DNA of 64,000 bases from IMG/VR virus record IMGVR_UViG_3300024520_000049, positions 14,596 to 78,595 of that record, one strand, 5' to 3'. Position numbers and translations under genes: made by a program. Under the pieces are notes generated by a model, which saw only the letters and a program-made list of their open reading frames with translations, was not told the DNA's origin and did no database searches. This document shows positions 27,085 through 37,611 of the stretch, piece by piece (position 1 is the stretch's first letter; each line of letters begins with the position of its first letter). The stretch comes from a virus.

Positions 27085-27600
27085 ATGGCTGATATCTTTG
27101 GATACCAACGGTCGCCGAAGCCCGCAGGGGTGTTCTCTACGGAGAACTCCAAGCTCATCTTCGCCTCAGGCTTTGCGCCTGCGGACGATACGGGCGCCCT
27201 GGGTGCAAAAGGCTACCTCGTGCAGAATTGGAACATTCAGTACCAACAGCAGGTACAGGAAGTGTTTGAGCTTGGCTCGAATGCCTTGTACTGGGTCAAG
27301 GGCCGCCCGCAAGGGACAGGCTCCATCCAGCGTGTTGTTGGGCCGCGTGATGCCTCCAGACCTGGCACGCTATTCCCTGCGGAAGCTTACGACATCTGTG
27401 AAGGTGGTGTACGCTTTGAGCTCAAGGTCAAGTCAGGCAACTGCGGGGGCATTGGCTCCTTGTCGTTTGACACCTTCAGCGAAGTGGGTATCAACATGGA
27501 TGGCTGCGTTATTACCTCTATCGGGTTCAACGCTGCCGTACAGGATACTCGTGTCATGGAGAACATCGCATGGAGGTTCGCATTCCTGGAAGTCTCCTAA
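27085..27600 (+). CDS. Tail tube protein
   Basis: 171 aa after sheath; LVQNWNIQYQQQVQEVFELGS...GTGSIQRVVG...GCVITSIGF pattern. Confidence 0.8.
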   Translation: MADIFGYQRSPKPAGVFSTENSKLIFASGFAPADDTGALGAKGYLVQNWNIQYQQQVQEVFELGSNALYWVKGRPQGTGSIQRVVGPRDASRPGTLFPAEAYDICEGGVRFELKVKSGNCGGIGSLSFDTFSEVGINMDGCVITSIGFNAAVQDTRVMENIAWRFAFLEVS

Positions 27601-27670
27601 TCTGACACAAAAACATACAGCTTAATTTGCTGGGACGAAACACGAACCGCTGAGTGACCTCAGAATTTCC

Positions 27671-27714
27671 AGCCCTGGCCTGCGCTACAAATGTGTTTGG
27701 CCAGGGCTTTTTTT
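27671..27714 (+). terminator. Rho-independent terminator after tail tube
   Basis: AGCCCTGGCC / GGCCAGGGCT stem followed by a T-run. Confidence 0.85.
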
Positions 27715-27727
27715 ATGGAAGAATAAT

Positions 27728-30190
27728 ATGCAGCAACCAAGGAACATCCCACCGCAAGGTGACCCTGGAATGGGCGGCCGGAATGAGGCCGCCAGGCGAG
27801 ATCAACAACCTTACGCAGGTACGTTTGTTGACGGTGTGATTGTGCGAACCCTCCCGGGCCAATACGACTATCTGGTACGTGTGGCCAATAAGACTGCCCT
27901 GAATTGTGTATGTGGCGCCGACATGGTGTCGAAGATCATCGGCGTCAAAGACGCATCCTTGCTCACCGAAGGTACCCCCGTCCTCGTCTATGTACCCAGC
28001 CACGACTCCCGCTGGGGTGTGATCATGTGCTCTCTGCCGACAATCCTTCAAGGTAAGGTGGACGGCGCACAATACGGACCCGTGGCTTATGCTGTCGACC
28101 ATGAAGGCGGCGCCGCCATGTGGAGTGAGGACGCATACCGGGAGCCTGTCTTCGACGCGGAGAATCGCAATAAGCTCGTGGCCAACGCCAACAGACCCCT
28201 TGATACGCTTCCTGGCGATTGGATGAAACTTAATGAGCACGGCACCGCCATCGGCGTGCTGGGTATGATGGCTCGCCTTAAAGCCGGCGGCGCGTCCATT
28301 GACGTATTCGGCCTGGACGACCTTGTGCGGGTAGTCAGCAATCAGTATCAGCACTACACGTCGATGGGCGAGATCCTGATCAACAACGACGGGGGAAATA
28401 TCACTTTAGAGTTCGCGGGCTCTTACCGGCAGCCAGAGGTATCTGGAGAGGACGAGCTCGGCGAGGAGCTGTTCACGGTAGGTGAAGAGTCTGACGATAA
28501 ACAATTGCAGTCCAGAATCACTATGGAGGAGGCCCTTCGCACACTGAAGCGCCGGTTCCAGGTGTTTGTGGGCAGCCTCGGTGGCGCGTTTCAGGCGTTC
28601 CTGGCCAAGCCTGACCCAGGAACGGAGACGTACGACCGAGAGTCAAAGCACAAAGGAATGCTGCAGGCAAGCGTCTCGGGATCTGGCCGAGCCATTCTGC
28701 GCAGTGCTGGCGGTATCGCCCTTATGCGGGGCGACCGTATTCCTATCCCGAAGAAGCTGAAAGAGGCTTACGACCCGGAAGGGGATAAGCCTGAGGACGC
28801 CTCCCTGTTACTACCTAAAGAGCCGTATGCGTTTTCGGACGAGCACCCTTTTGCTCGGAACCTGGAACTCCGGGACGCTACGGCTTGGTATGTAGGGCAG
28901 GCGTATCAGCGCTTTGACGAGCACGAGAAAGACTGGCACGTGCCACAAGAGTCCGAGGAGGAGATTGCCCCCGAGGATGACTACGATGTCGCTGGCGAGG
29001 AGAACGAAGACTTCAGCAACGACCGTCACGCAGGTAAGAAAGCCGGCATCTTCATTGAGATGGACGGCAGCATCGTCATCCGCGACGCCTGGGGATCGGA
29101 GATATACATGCGTGGCGGAAACATCGTCACCTCGTGCGCTGGTGATGTGATGAGTATGCCAGGTGGCAGCGACATTGTGATGGCCGGCGACGACGCTGTG
29201 ATCAAGGCCAGGAAGAGCGTGGACGTGTCCGCCACAGACAACGACATCAGGCTCTCTGCGAAGAATGGGCTGCACGCGTTCACCGAGGATGGCGGTATCC
29301 TGCTGGAGACAAACTCCAACTCGCCATTGGATCACTTTTATGACCCGGAGAAGGCTGGAGAGGAGTCCCAGAGTAAGGGTATCATTTTCAAAGCGCCCAA
29401 TAGCCGCATCTTTGGGTGGGGCGACACTGTGCATTTGTCCGCCGACCGCCAAGCTGTTGTAGAGGTGACGGATAGGGAGCGTGGGCGCATTACGTTCCTG
29501 GGGGGCGCTATCGAGGCCATTGGCAGCGCGGTACAGTTCACCGCGACTGTCTTCGATCCTGACGTTGAGCCTGGGTCTGCAGACGTCTCAGAGCTCGAAC
29601 TGCAGCCTTCCATGGCGACCTTGACATCCCGCGGCACCACAATGGTGTCCGGTAAGCAGCAGCTCCTCTTGCTTGAAGAGCTATCCTCAGCGGCTATTAT
29701 TTGGGCAGGTATTGACGAGAATCCCACCGAACGCATCATGGACGCTGCAGAAGCTCGCGCGGACGACGTTTTCCGTGATCAGGAGTGGCAGGGGACGTAC
29801 AAACCTGAGGACGATAGTGAAGCGATAAATCGTACCGCGATAAGATTTACACATAGGAGCGCAGCAGAGTATGGAACAGCAACTCAGACCGAGATCGACG
29901 CGTCTGGCGCGCCCAGCTCCTTCAAACTTTATCAGACCCCGTGGCAGCTCTACTCTGAGCGCTCGGCGGAACTCTCCACAGTCGACACGGCGCAGTGGGA
30001 AGAGCGAGCTGTTAATGACACCTACCCGTGGCCCGGTCGAATCAACCAACTGGGCAACGTGTGGGTTAAGCTTAGTGACGAAGGAAACGTGGACACCGAC
30101 GGAAATTCGGTTAACCGCGACGAACTGAGGGCGTTCGGAGACGACTTCGAAGCCACAACATTAAACGAATACCTAGTAAGGGAGAGGTAG
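27728..30190 (+). CDS. Putative baseplate central spike (gp5/gpV/VgrG-like)
   Basis: N-terminal OB-like segment (GVIV..YLVRV..EGTPVLVYVP..GVIM) and beta-helix-like repeats (DIVMAGDDAVIKARKSVDVSATDNDIRLSAKNG). Confidence 0.55.
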   Translation: MQQPRNIPPQGDPGMGGRNEAARRDQQPYAGTFVDGVIVRTLPGQYDYLVRVANKTALNCVCGADMVSKIIGVKDASLLTEGTPVLVYVPSHDSRWGVIMCSLPTILQGKVDGAQYGPVAYAVDHEGGAAMWSEDAYREPVFDAENRNKLVANANRPLDTLPGDWMKLNEHGTAIGVLGMMARLKAGGASIDVFGLDDLVRVVSNQYQHYTSMGEILINNDGGNITLEFAGSYRQPEVSGEDELGEELFTVGEESDDKQLQSRITMEEALRTLKRRFQVFVGSLGGAFQAFLAKPDPGTETYDRESKHKGMLQASVSGSGRAILRSAGGIALMRGDRIPIPKKLKEAYDPEGDKPEDASLLLPKEPYAFSDEHPFARNLELRDATAWYVGQAYQRFDEHEKDWHVPQESEEEIAPEDDYDVAGEENEDFSNDRHAGKKAGIFIEMDGSIVIRDAWGSEIYMRGGNIVTSCAGDVMSMPGGSDIVMAGDDAVIKARKSVDVSATDNDIRLSAKNGLHAFTEDGGILLETNSNSPLDHFYDPEKAGEESQSKGIIFKAPNSRIFGWGDTVHLSADRQAVVEVTDRERGRITFLGGAIEAIGSAVQFTATVFDPDVEPGSADVSELELQPSMATLTSRGTTMVSGKQQLLLLEELSSAAIIWAGIDENPTERIMDAAEARADDVFRDQEWQGTYKPEDDSEAINRTAIRFTHRSAAEYGTATQTEIDASGAPSSFKLYQTPWQLYSERSAELSTVDTAQWEERAVNDTYPWPGRINQLGNVWVKLSDEGNVDTDGNSVNRDELRAFGDDFEATTLNEYLVRER

Positions 30191-30193
30191 CGA

Positions 30194-30997
30194 ATGGCAG
30201 AAACGTTAAAAGAAAGGCTCTCGGGAGACTTGGCCGGCGGCGGGGCGATAAGCTCCGGCGATGTCGCAAGCTTCGCTCACAGCCAGGAGGCTGTGAAGAC
30301 CCCAGAGCAGAAGCGTGTAGAGTCAGGACCTTCTGAGGTTCCGCAAGAGGCGATCAACGATCCTGTGATGAAAGCGGCAAACACACAGCCAGCGGCTGAA
30401 GAGACGAATAAACAGCACCAGGTGGCTGCCGCGGCTCCCGCCGACGAGATGTCCGAGGAGATGGCGCGTGCAGCTGCAGACATGGGCATCGATATGCCTG
30501 AGACGATCGAGATCACAGAAGTGGAGAAGGAGGCTTTCCTGGAGACCATTATCTCTGGCGGACGCTTCCAGCTCCCGTTTTCGATCTTCGGCGGCCGCGT
30601 AACAGGAGTGCTGCAGAGCCGGCTGAACCTTGAGACTCGTGCGATGCTCTCCGAGATCCACCGTGCTTGGGCTGCAAAGGAACTGGAGTCGATGATCGAC
30701 TATACGGCGAGGTTCCGCTACGCGTGCTTCCGCTTCCAGGTCGCTGAAATCTATGACACCCAACTCGAAACCCCTAAAAAACCCCTGAAGGCTGTGCTGT
30801 CCACGAAGGATGGCGAACCGATAACAACACCACCTGCGTGGTCAGAAGAAGCCGAAGTGATGTTCGGTAATTACCCAGACGGCGTGATTACTGCACTGTA
30901 CAAGGAGCTGGTGATATTTGAGAAGAAGTACTGGACGATGGTAAGCAATTCGGCCGACCAAAATTTTTGGAATCCCGTAGACTCTTCCTCGGCGTAG
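30194..30997 (+). CDS. Putative tail assembly chaperone (G-like)
   Basis: Upstream of the tape measure gene; ends at an A AAT TTT slippery site leading into the -1 frame ORF. Confidence 0.65.
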   Translation: MAETLKERLSGDLAGGGAISSGDVASFAHSQEAVKTPEQKRVESGPSEVPQEAINDPVMKAANTQPAAEETNKQHQVAAAAPADEMSEEMARAAADMGIDMPETIEITEVEKEAFLETIISGGRFQLPFSIFGGRVTGVLQSRLNLETRAMLSEIHRAWAAKELESMIDYTARFRYACFRFQVAEIYDTQLETPKKPLKAVLSTKDGEPITTPPAWSEEAEVMFGNYPDGVITALYKELVIFEKKYWTMVSNSADQNFWNPVDSSSA

Positions 30998-31012
30998 CGG
31001 CTAGTCTTCGGG
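30961..31012 (+). promoter_or_regulatory. -1 programmed ribosomal frameshift signal (A AAT TTT plus downstream stem)
   Basis: X XXY YYZ heptamer in the correct frame at 30961-30967; 6-nt spacer; stem 30974-30983 / 31003-31012 with one mismatch. Confidence 0.75.
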
Positions 31013-31365
31013 GGTGCGGCATCTCGCCCCGTGAGTCGCTGCACTCCGGGATTACTGCCAGGCTGCACTATGAGGTTATTGAATCAGAAATGTTGCTGAA
31101 AATGCGTGCCGCGTCGATGGTAGCGCAGTCTTCTTCCAACAGTCATCCAGATATTGACCTGACGAAGGTGGGAAATAGCACCAAACAGCTGTATTTTGAC
31201 ATGATGGGCGCGATTCCGTATTTTACTGCCGGTACGTCCACACAGGATGTAGTCACGCAGGAACGTGAAGCCGCCGCTGAGGAGTATAACCGGGTTTTTG
31301 TAGAGCCGTATAAGAAGCGAGCAGGGTTTGAAGAAGAGAAGTTGGAGAAACCAACAATTCTATAA
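30967..31365 (+). CDS. Frameshift extension of tail assembly chaperone (GT-like)
   Basis: In the -1 frame relative to 30194; only a TTG start without RBS, coinciding with the slippery site. Confidence 0.65.
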   Translation: MESRRLFLGVAASLRGCGISPRESLHSGITARLHYEVIESEMLLKMRAASMVAQSSSNSHPDIDLTKVGNSTKQLYFDMMGAIPYFTAGTSTQDVVTQEREAAAEEYNRVFVEPYKKRAGFEEEKLEKPTIL

Positions 31366-31409
31366 AGTGGGAATAAATATTCTCAAAAGTGAGAACGGCA
31401 AGGAAGTAG

Positions 31410-34400
31410 ATGGCTGACGATCAGAAAATCGACCAACTCCTAGAACAGATAGAGACGCAGTTTCTGCCTCCAGCCCAAACACAAGAGTATTTGCACAGCG
31501 CGCCTAGTGCAAATCCGATGTTCAACATGATGTACAATCTGATGCAGAATCAGGTTGCTCAACAAGTAGGCGCCCCTTCTGACGCCGTTATCCCCGCGCT
31601 TCCCCAGCGAGTCCCCCACGTCTCTCCAGTTGACGTTGTGTACCAGCACACCTTTGGAAACGAAGTGTTTCGCCAAGCTCGTCAAACATACTACGACCAA
31701 GCAAACCCTCTCGGCGCGAACCTTCAAGTGGCTCTCGCTGATAACGCGCAACTGAGTAAACTGCTTACGGATAACGCCGGCACCGACGCTGCACAGATGA
31801 CCACACAACAGCTGCTGGCGCAGCCTATAGTGCAGAGCATCATGGGCGGGGATCTTGCCGGCGGCGCAGAAAGATTTATTGCCGGGGGGATGATGTACGA
31901 CCGTCCGTCTGCGGTCGCAATCAACCACGAAGATGTTGTCCGCCGCCACCATGTCGCGACACAAAGCGCAGCCGCTACTGCTGCAATGATGACAGATCGT
32001 ATCTACTCTATGGACCCTGACACTGGTCGGCGACGGCTTACCCCAGACCAGCAGTTCCTGCAGGGGTTTCGTACCGAGGAGGCCTTTGACCTGATGGCGA
32101 CTATGGCCGAGCGTGGTACAGCCACACGACATACGGGAAGCCGCGAGCAGAACATTAACCGCGTCGGCGGGATGCTGGAGACGCTTGGAACATCGGGTCG
32201 CGCTGTATACGGAGATAAGTCGTTGAAGGAACTACTCGCCGAAGCAGATCAGCATCTGGGTTTCGACACCACCTCTAATCCAATGGAAGCCAAGAGGCAG
32301 CTTGATCGTATAAAGGCTACAGCAAGAGCTCTTGGTGTTAATGTTAAAGAGATGGTTGACACACAAAAAGTAATGGCGCAGGCATTTATGAACGCGGGGG
32401 ACATTGGAGCTTACGACTCGCATACGGGCTTATACAGCTCGCAATCTGGAATCGCGGAGCAGGAAGGCATCGCTGCTGGCGAAGAGCAGATGATGATCCT
32501 TGCCAGCATGCGTGGCGGCAACGGCCCACTGGACGAGAAAGAACGTACGACGACCAAAAAGCAAGTCATGCGGTCGATTATCAAAGAAAGAGAGTCCGTG
32601 GCTGGCCGCGCCGTTGACCTAATCGCCCGTATGCGGGCCGCAGGTGTACCCATCGACCCGGAGCTGCTCAACGATTTCGAGGAGACTGTGCGGGCGGGAG
32701 ATCGTGAAGCGCCGTTACGCATTTTAGGGCAGATAGAGGAGCAGATTGGCTACGACCCGGGCCAGCTGATGTCGGTGGTAAAGGATACAGGACTCTATAA
32801 TGATATGAAGAAGGAGCTCGCCTCCACGTCCTCAAAAGAGGGCCTGAAAGAGGCTGCTGAGCACGTCAGAGATATTCGGATGGAGCGCAGCAGCAACGAG
32901 TGGGGCCGGTTTATCGCGGACCAGACAAGCGGACAGGCGGAGCGTTGGGCGGACCGAATGGCGCGCCAAGCGGGGATACGTACGAAGAGAAACACGCCAG
33001 AGTACCGCGCCGACTTCGCGGAGGGCCTGCGTGGCGCTGTCCGAGACCAAGGCGCTATCTCAGATAAGGAGCGGGCAGATTTATCCAGCGTTGTGGAGCC
33101 GCTACTGGACAGTGAAGCAACCCCAGAACAAATTTCCCGCGCCCTAAAGGCCAGTGCTGTCGTCCGCGAAATAAGTAACATCGATCCCGAGGTCCTGCTA
33201 CATGGCGGGGAGCTCCGAGCTCAGAAGGAGCAGACGAAGCGTACAGTGCAGGAATTTCAGGGTGCCACCGCATTTGGCAAGGCCCTTCCGGCGATTACTC
33301 AACGTCTTGTCGGCACGCTCAGTGGTGATGAGAACCGCCATGAGCGCCGGCGCGTCAATGAGGAGATACGCGGTATTCGTACGGCACTCAGGCCAGGGAC
33401 ACGAGAAGCTTCGGATAAGGCGGCGACGCGCTTGCGCGCGCTTGCGGACAACATCTCAGACCCTGAAGAACGTCGAGCAGTGACGCTGGAGATCGACGCC
33501 GCCCAGAGATTGTATAACAAAGAGCAAGATCGCGCATTAGTTGATGAAACTGGACGACAGCGTCAGCCGGGGATGAATCTAACCGCCGTCAACGCTGTCG
33601 GAGGCGACTTTGACACGCGTAAGGGTATGGCGTACCGGCATACCCTCGTAAGGCCAACCCAGCACCAGCTGTCAATGCCCGTACGGAATGCGTCGGGAGA
33701 TATTATCGCCCCGCCGCCCATAGGTGAGCACATGAAGGACGTGTCTCAGGATGCGAGGTTCATGGCGGAGTCAAAGACCCCCACGCAACGTCTCGCTGAG
33801 TTTTTTATTGATGGTAAGTATGATATGGAGGCCATCGCTAAAGCGATGGATCTACCTGACTTTAACGAGGCGGGTGCCCCGGTGCGTGGCTACTCCGATT
33901 CCAACCCACTTCCTGTGCGTATGATAGAATCTCATGAGCATCAGGCGGGTCGAGAGCGGGTCCCTGGGACTCCTATGCAGCCGCCAACCCAGAAAGCAGA
34001 ATCCGCCGCCGCGCCAGCACAGGAAGCCCCCACTGGCGTCGTCCATCCTGACATCGACAAGGAGCAGGCGAATTTCCGTAAAACCATGTCCGCGGCGTTT
34101 GATAACGCCAAAGAGCCTGGGTCGAAACGCTTTACTGTTACCCCCGAACCTGAGCCCCAGGAGATGAAACCTGCAAGCGCACCAGCTGCAAACAGGTTTA
34201 TACCGCCAACAATGTCTGCTGTTGATGGTGTGAACCGCCGTATGAATCAGCACTTGGAGAAAACACCAAAAGCTGTATCTGAAGTTAAATCAGCAGATCT
34301 CGCCGCCAAGGTGCAGGAGGAGCGGGAATCCCGCGGCCCTGAGGCCGGCGGAAGTAAATCACGCGAGAAGAACGAAGTAACCCTGGCTCCAGGCCAACAG

Positions 34401-34460
34401 CCCATTCCGGTGGTGCTGGTCACCGCAGCTGGACCATTAGCGACACCACCACTATCATGA
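31410..34460 (+). CDS. Putative tape measure protein
   Basis: 1016 aa, Ala/Gln/Arg/Glu-rich and predicted helical; directly after the chaperone pair. Confidence 0.65.
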   Translation: MADDQKIDQLLEQIETQFLPPAQTQEYLHSAPSANPMFNMMYNLMQNQVAQQVGAPSDAVIPALPQRVPHVSPVDVVYQHTFGNEVFRQARQTYYDQANPLGANLQVALADNAQLSKLLTDNAGTDAAQMTTQQLLAQPIVQSIMGGDLAGGAERFIAGGMMYDRPSAVAINHEDVVRRHHVATQSAAATAAMMTDRIYSMDPDTGRRRLTPDQQFLQGFRTEEAFDLMATMAERGTATRHTGSREQNINRVGGMLETLGTSGRAVYGDKSLKELLAEADQHLGFDTTSNPMEAKRQLDRIKATARALGVNVKEMVDTQKVMAQAFMNAGDIGAYDSHTGLYSSQSGIAEQEGIAAGEEQMMILASMRGGNGPLDEKERTTTKKQVMRSIIKERESVAGRAVDLIARMRAAGVPIDPELLNDFEETVRAGDREAPLRILGQIEEQIGYDPGQLMSVVKDTGLYNDMKKELASTSSKEGLKEAAEHVRDIRMERSSNEWGRFIADQTSGQAERWADRMARQAGIRTKRNTPEYRADFAEGLRGAVRDQGAISDKERADLSSVVEPLLDSEATPEQISRALKASAVVREISNIDPEVLLHGGELRAQKEQTKRTVQEFQGATAFGKALPAITQRLVGTLSGDENRHERRRVNEEIRGIRTALRPGTREASDKAATRLRALADNISDPEERRAVTLEIDAAQRLYNKEQDRALVDETGRQRQPGMNLTAVNAVGGDFDTRKGMAYRHTLVRPTQHQLSMPVRNASGDIIAPPPIGEHMKDVSQDARFMAESKTPTQRLAEFFIDGKYDMEAIAKAMDLPDFNEAGAPVRGYSDSNPLPVRMIESHEHQAGRERVPGTPMQPPTQKAESAAAPAQEAPTGVVHPDIDKEQANFRKTMSAAFDNAKEPGSKRFTVTPEPEPQEMKPASAPAANRFIPPTMSAVDGVNRRMNQHLEKTPKAVSEVKSADLAAKVQEERESRGPEAGGSKSREKNEVTLAPGQQPIPVVLVTAAGPLATPPLS

Positions 34461-35185
34461 GAATTTTCGGAACAGACTCTACGCGCCGCGGATGCTTCGC
34501 TGCCTTCACCACAGACATAGGCGGGGGCAAAGGCTCTATCCTGGAGGTGCGCGACAAGGATGGCGGAGTGATTGAGCTCCCCGCATCTGCAGACTTCAGC
34601 TTCCCGCTGCTGGTCACCAACGTAAGCATAAACCAGGATGAGCGCGCGCACTTTCTAAAGTGTTTTAATGATCGTATTTACACGTATGCGTTTGGGGCGG
34701 ACGTTGGACTAGTGTCCATCGACTTCCTGGGCTTCCTGGTCAAAGGCACGGTTTCTGGTAGCGGGGAAGTTGGCGGCGGCGGGTTCAGCAACATCACGGA
34801 TACGTTCCTGTCGGCGTATAAGAACGCACGCCTATCCGCAAGCCTGAAGTTCGCTACGCTATCCTTGGCCGGGTCCAGCCAGCTTAAGGGGCTGATCACG
34901 AACATGCGGTCTGCGACTTCAAACGCCGAAACCAACATCCAGTCCTTCACAATGACTCTAACCACCGTAGAAGTTCAGGGCCCAGACGCGCCACCGGTTG
35001 TCGGCGCGCCAGACGCTGGTGCGACGGATGGCACCACGCCAGGCGGTTTTGGGTCAGATGGCCCAACCGCTACTGCGCCAAGCGCTGGTTTTGATACCCC
35101 AGGCCTAGGCGCTGGTGGATCTGCTGGTTTTGGCGCTGACGGCGGCGGATTCGCTACGTCCGATACACCGGGGTTTGGCACATGA
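34457..35185 (+). CDS. Putative baseplate tube-initiator (tube-like fold) with acidic Gly-rich tail
   Basis: LVTNVSINQDE..FLKCFNDRIYTYAFG..VSIDF resembles tube-fold proteins; follows TMP. Confidence 0.45.
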   Translation: MRIFGTDSTRRGCFAAFTTDIGGGKGSILEVRDKDGGVIELPASADFSFPLLVTNVSINQDERAHFLKCFNDRIYTYAFGADVGLVSIDFLGFLVKGTVSGSGEVGGGGFSNITDTFLSAYKNARLSASLKFATLSLAGSSQLKGLITNMRSATSNAETNIQSFTMTLTTVEVQGPDAPPVVGAPDAGATDGTTPGGFGSDGPTATAPSAGFDTPGLGAGGSAGFGADGGGFATSDTPGFGT

Positions 35186-35721
35186 TCAATCACGCACGCA
35201 CCATCTTGCTGAACATAGAGGCGATCCCAGACCAGCCCGAACTCGCACCTGGAGAGGAGTTTATCCCCTCGGACTTCGCGACCATCGATATCCCAGCTGA
35301 ACTCCTTTCAATCCACACGGTTATAATACCGGAGACGGCTACGAGGAATGAGCGAAACTATCTAGGGTTTGCCTACATGCAGCTTGCTCATACTCCAGAG
35401 TTTGAGAAGTACGTGCTGGCGCTTGACCCACGTGTGACCTATAACTTCGAGGAGAGCATCTTCCTGGAGGTGGTCTTTCGGGATGGTCCGCCAGTACCGC
35501 TGGATTTTCAGGTAATCACTGACAAGATGCTGGCCGAGATCGTGAAGCTCAACAGCCGGGGTGGTGGGGGTTTGTTTGCGCCCATTGCCGGACTTGAGAC
35601 AGAGATGCTGGAATTGCAGCAGCTTTGGCGCTCAGCCCCGAATAACATCGACAGGCTTACTGCGTCGTTTATTGCGCTGATCTACCGCATCGATGTGGTG
35701 AGGCGGCGGAGGCGGACCTAA
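35182..35721 (+). CDS. Hypothetical protein (baseplate region)
   Basis: 179-aa ORF with overlapping start and stop. Confidence 0.55.
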   Translation: MINHARTILLNIEAIPDQPELAPGEEFIPSDFATIDIPAELLSIHTVIIPETATRNERNYLGFAYMQLAHTPEFEKYVLALDPRVTYNFEESIFLEVVFRDGPPVPLDFQVITDKMLAEIVKLNSRGGGGLFAPIAGLETEMLELQQLWRSAPNNIDRLTASFIALIYRIDVVRRRRRT

Positions 35722-37601
35722 TGGCAGCTGGACACTTCTCAGAGTACAAGGCCTCTGATTGGCTCTACTCGTTCACAGGTATGGATCTTGTCATGACGAA
35801 TGGCGAGAGCGAGGAAGCTTTCCGCTACCCGCTGGCAACCGTGGTTGTGCGTTTGTCCCAGAATGGGCTACCGTCGATCAAGATGGTAATAGACGCCACC
35901 AAGATACCAGAGACCGATGACGAGCCGAGACTTCCTGCAGCAGACCCGAAGAAGGGCACCCTGGCGGGGTTACTGGAGGTTCATGACGAGATTCAGCAGA
36001 TGGTGCATAACGATAGCTGGCGGGCCGGTTTGTCCATATCAGTGACTAGCGAAGTCGATTTCCAGGATCTGAATATAGCTGACTGGGTTGTTGTTGGTGG
36101 TGGGATTGAAGGCTTGAGCGCCTCAGGGGCTTTTGCTGTGGGCGTGACAATTCAACACAAAATCGTGCGGGCGACTAGAGCGTTGGGACAGCTCCCCAAC
36201 CTCTCAGCGCTGCTCAATATTCCCAGCGACCTAGCTATCGCCGCGGCAGAAGTTGCTGAGCCATCCCCGATCGTACCACCAACTAACCCTGTGGGCGCGT
36301 ATATACAGGCAATCCGTGCGTACATAAGCCGCGCTCAGACTTCGCTAGACGACGTAACCACCCCCGAGGAAGGGGCGAGCATGCGAGACCTGACAAAAAC
36401 TCTGGTAGAACGGCTAACGCAGGCTGTTGCGGACTTAGAGGATAATTTAGAGTGGGACGCCGCGGGCGGGTCCGATTTCCCTTTTCCGGACATCGGCGAG
36501 GTGTCTGAATACATTGATGACACTTTCTGGGCATATGCCGGTCTGCCGACAGATACGCCGTGGGGCGCCTTCTCCAAAACAGTGGCAGGTGCGTATGAAT
36601 TTACCGTAAATGGTACGGCCAACGACGCACGTTTGATTGTGTCCCCTTTTGCGCCTTGGGGCAAATCTATGGGTGTAATTTATGATGACGAGATCTACGA
36701 TCTACAGCTGCCCTCGGTCGACGGGTACCCAGTAGCTGGGGTTATCGCGACATTTGATCGGGCGACACAGAATGAGCTTTTTAGCATCCTTGTTGGCGCC
36801 GTTGGCGGTGATAAAGCGGAGGAAATTTTAGGGGGTCACACGATTGAAGAGGTGACGTCCTCGGGCGGATTTTTATCTCCAATATTCTCAGGGGCTATTG
36901 GGCGCGTGGAGTTTGCGAGGCCTCCCGAGTGGGTCGCGGCTTATCTAACTTATCAAACGTCCCGTATCGGGGAGGAGGATCATCCCCTAGACAAGGGTAA
37001 TGTGGAATTTACAATGTTCGAGGGTGAAACCTCAATCCACACCCCCGAAGCGGCTGATTTTGACACCTACCGTGAGCTGATCAACATTTGGTGCAAGCAG
37101 GCCTTCTTTCGCCTGTTTCGGCGTGGGATGGGGGTATCAATTGGTACCCGCCTAATGTTACAGTCCCCCGACATGGCTACCCCTGCGTTTCAAGTACGGC
37201 CAGGTGTTACTATGGAAATTCGGAGCCGGGAGGATGACGCGCCGATTATCTTCTTCTATGTTACTGAAGTGCATCATACTATGGATGCACAAGGTAAGCA
37301 GGCCCACACAAACATCGTGGGCAACTACGTACGCCCAAATAAGGACATAAGTTTTGGCGAGCCCCCCGAGGAGGGCGAAAGTGATGGCTCAGACGGCGAT
37401 GGTGTGGTTGACGGGGGTATCGAGCCCTTCATCCTCACAGCCGCCGAAATTGTCGCCGGCGTCCCGAACCCGCTTTATGAGTCCGCAGGAGAGCTGGGAG
37501 CCGAAACACCGACTGGTGATGAGGATGACTCCAGCGAGGGCGGGTTCGTTGACGAGTCGTTCTCTACTGATGACATCGGCGGCTCGTTTGGATTCACCTA
37601 A
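35721..37601 (+). CDS. Putative baseplate hub (gp27/gpD-like)
   Basis: C-terminal VRPGVTMEI...FYVTEVHHTM...HTNIVG pattern typical of hub proteins. Confidence 0.55.
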   Translation: MAAGHFSEYKASDWLYSFTGMDLVMTNGESEEAFRYPLATVVVRLSQNGLPSIKMVIDATKIPETDDEPRLPAADPKKGTLAGLLEVHDEIQQMVHNDSWRAGLSISVTSEVDFQDLNIADWVVVGGGIEGLSASGAFAVGVTIQHKIVRATRALGQLPNLSALLNIPSDLAIAAAEVAEPSPIVPPTNPVGAYIQAIRAYISRAQTSLDDVTTPEEGASMRDLTKTLVERLTQAVADLEDNLEWDAAGGSDFPFPDIGEVSEYIDDTFWAYAGLPTDTPWGAFSKTVAGAYEFTVNGTANDARLIVSPFAPWGKSMGVIYDDEIYDLQLPSVDGYPVAGVIATFDRATQNELFSILVGAVGGDKAEEILGGHTIEEVTSSGGFLSPIFSGAIGRVEFARPPEWVAAYLTYQTSRIGEEDHPLDKGNVEFTMFEGETSIHTPEAADFDTYRELINIWCKQAFFRLFRRGMGVSIGTRLMLQSPDMATPAFQVRPGVTMEIRSREDDAPIIFFYVTEVHHTMDAQGKQAHTNIVGNYVRPNKDISFGEPPEEGESDGSDGDGVVDGGIEPFILTAAEIVAGVPNPLYESAGELGAETPTGDEDDSSEGGFVDESFSTDDIGGSFGFT

Positions 37602-37611
37602 GGAGTAAGAT

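Noticed and set aside
27629-27673. Hammerhead-like words (CGAAAC, CTGAGTGA)
   Set aside because: The core is not CUGANGA, and there is no room for stems I and III or an NUH site.
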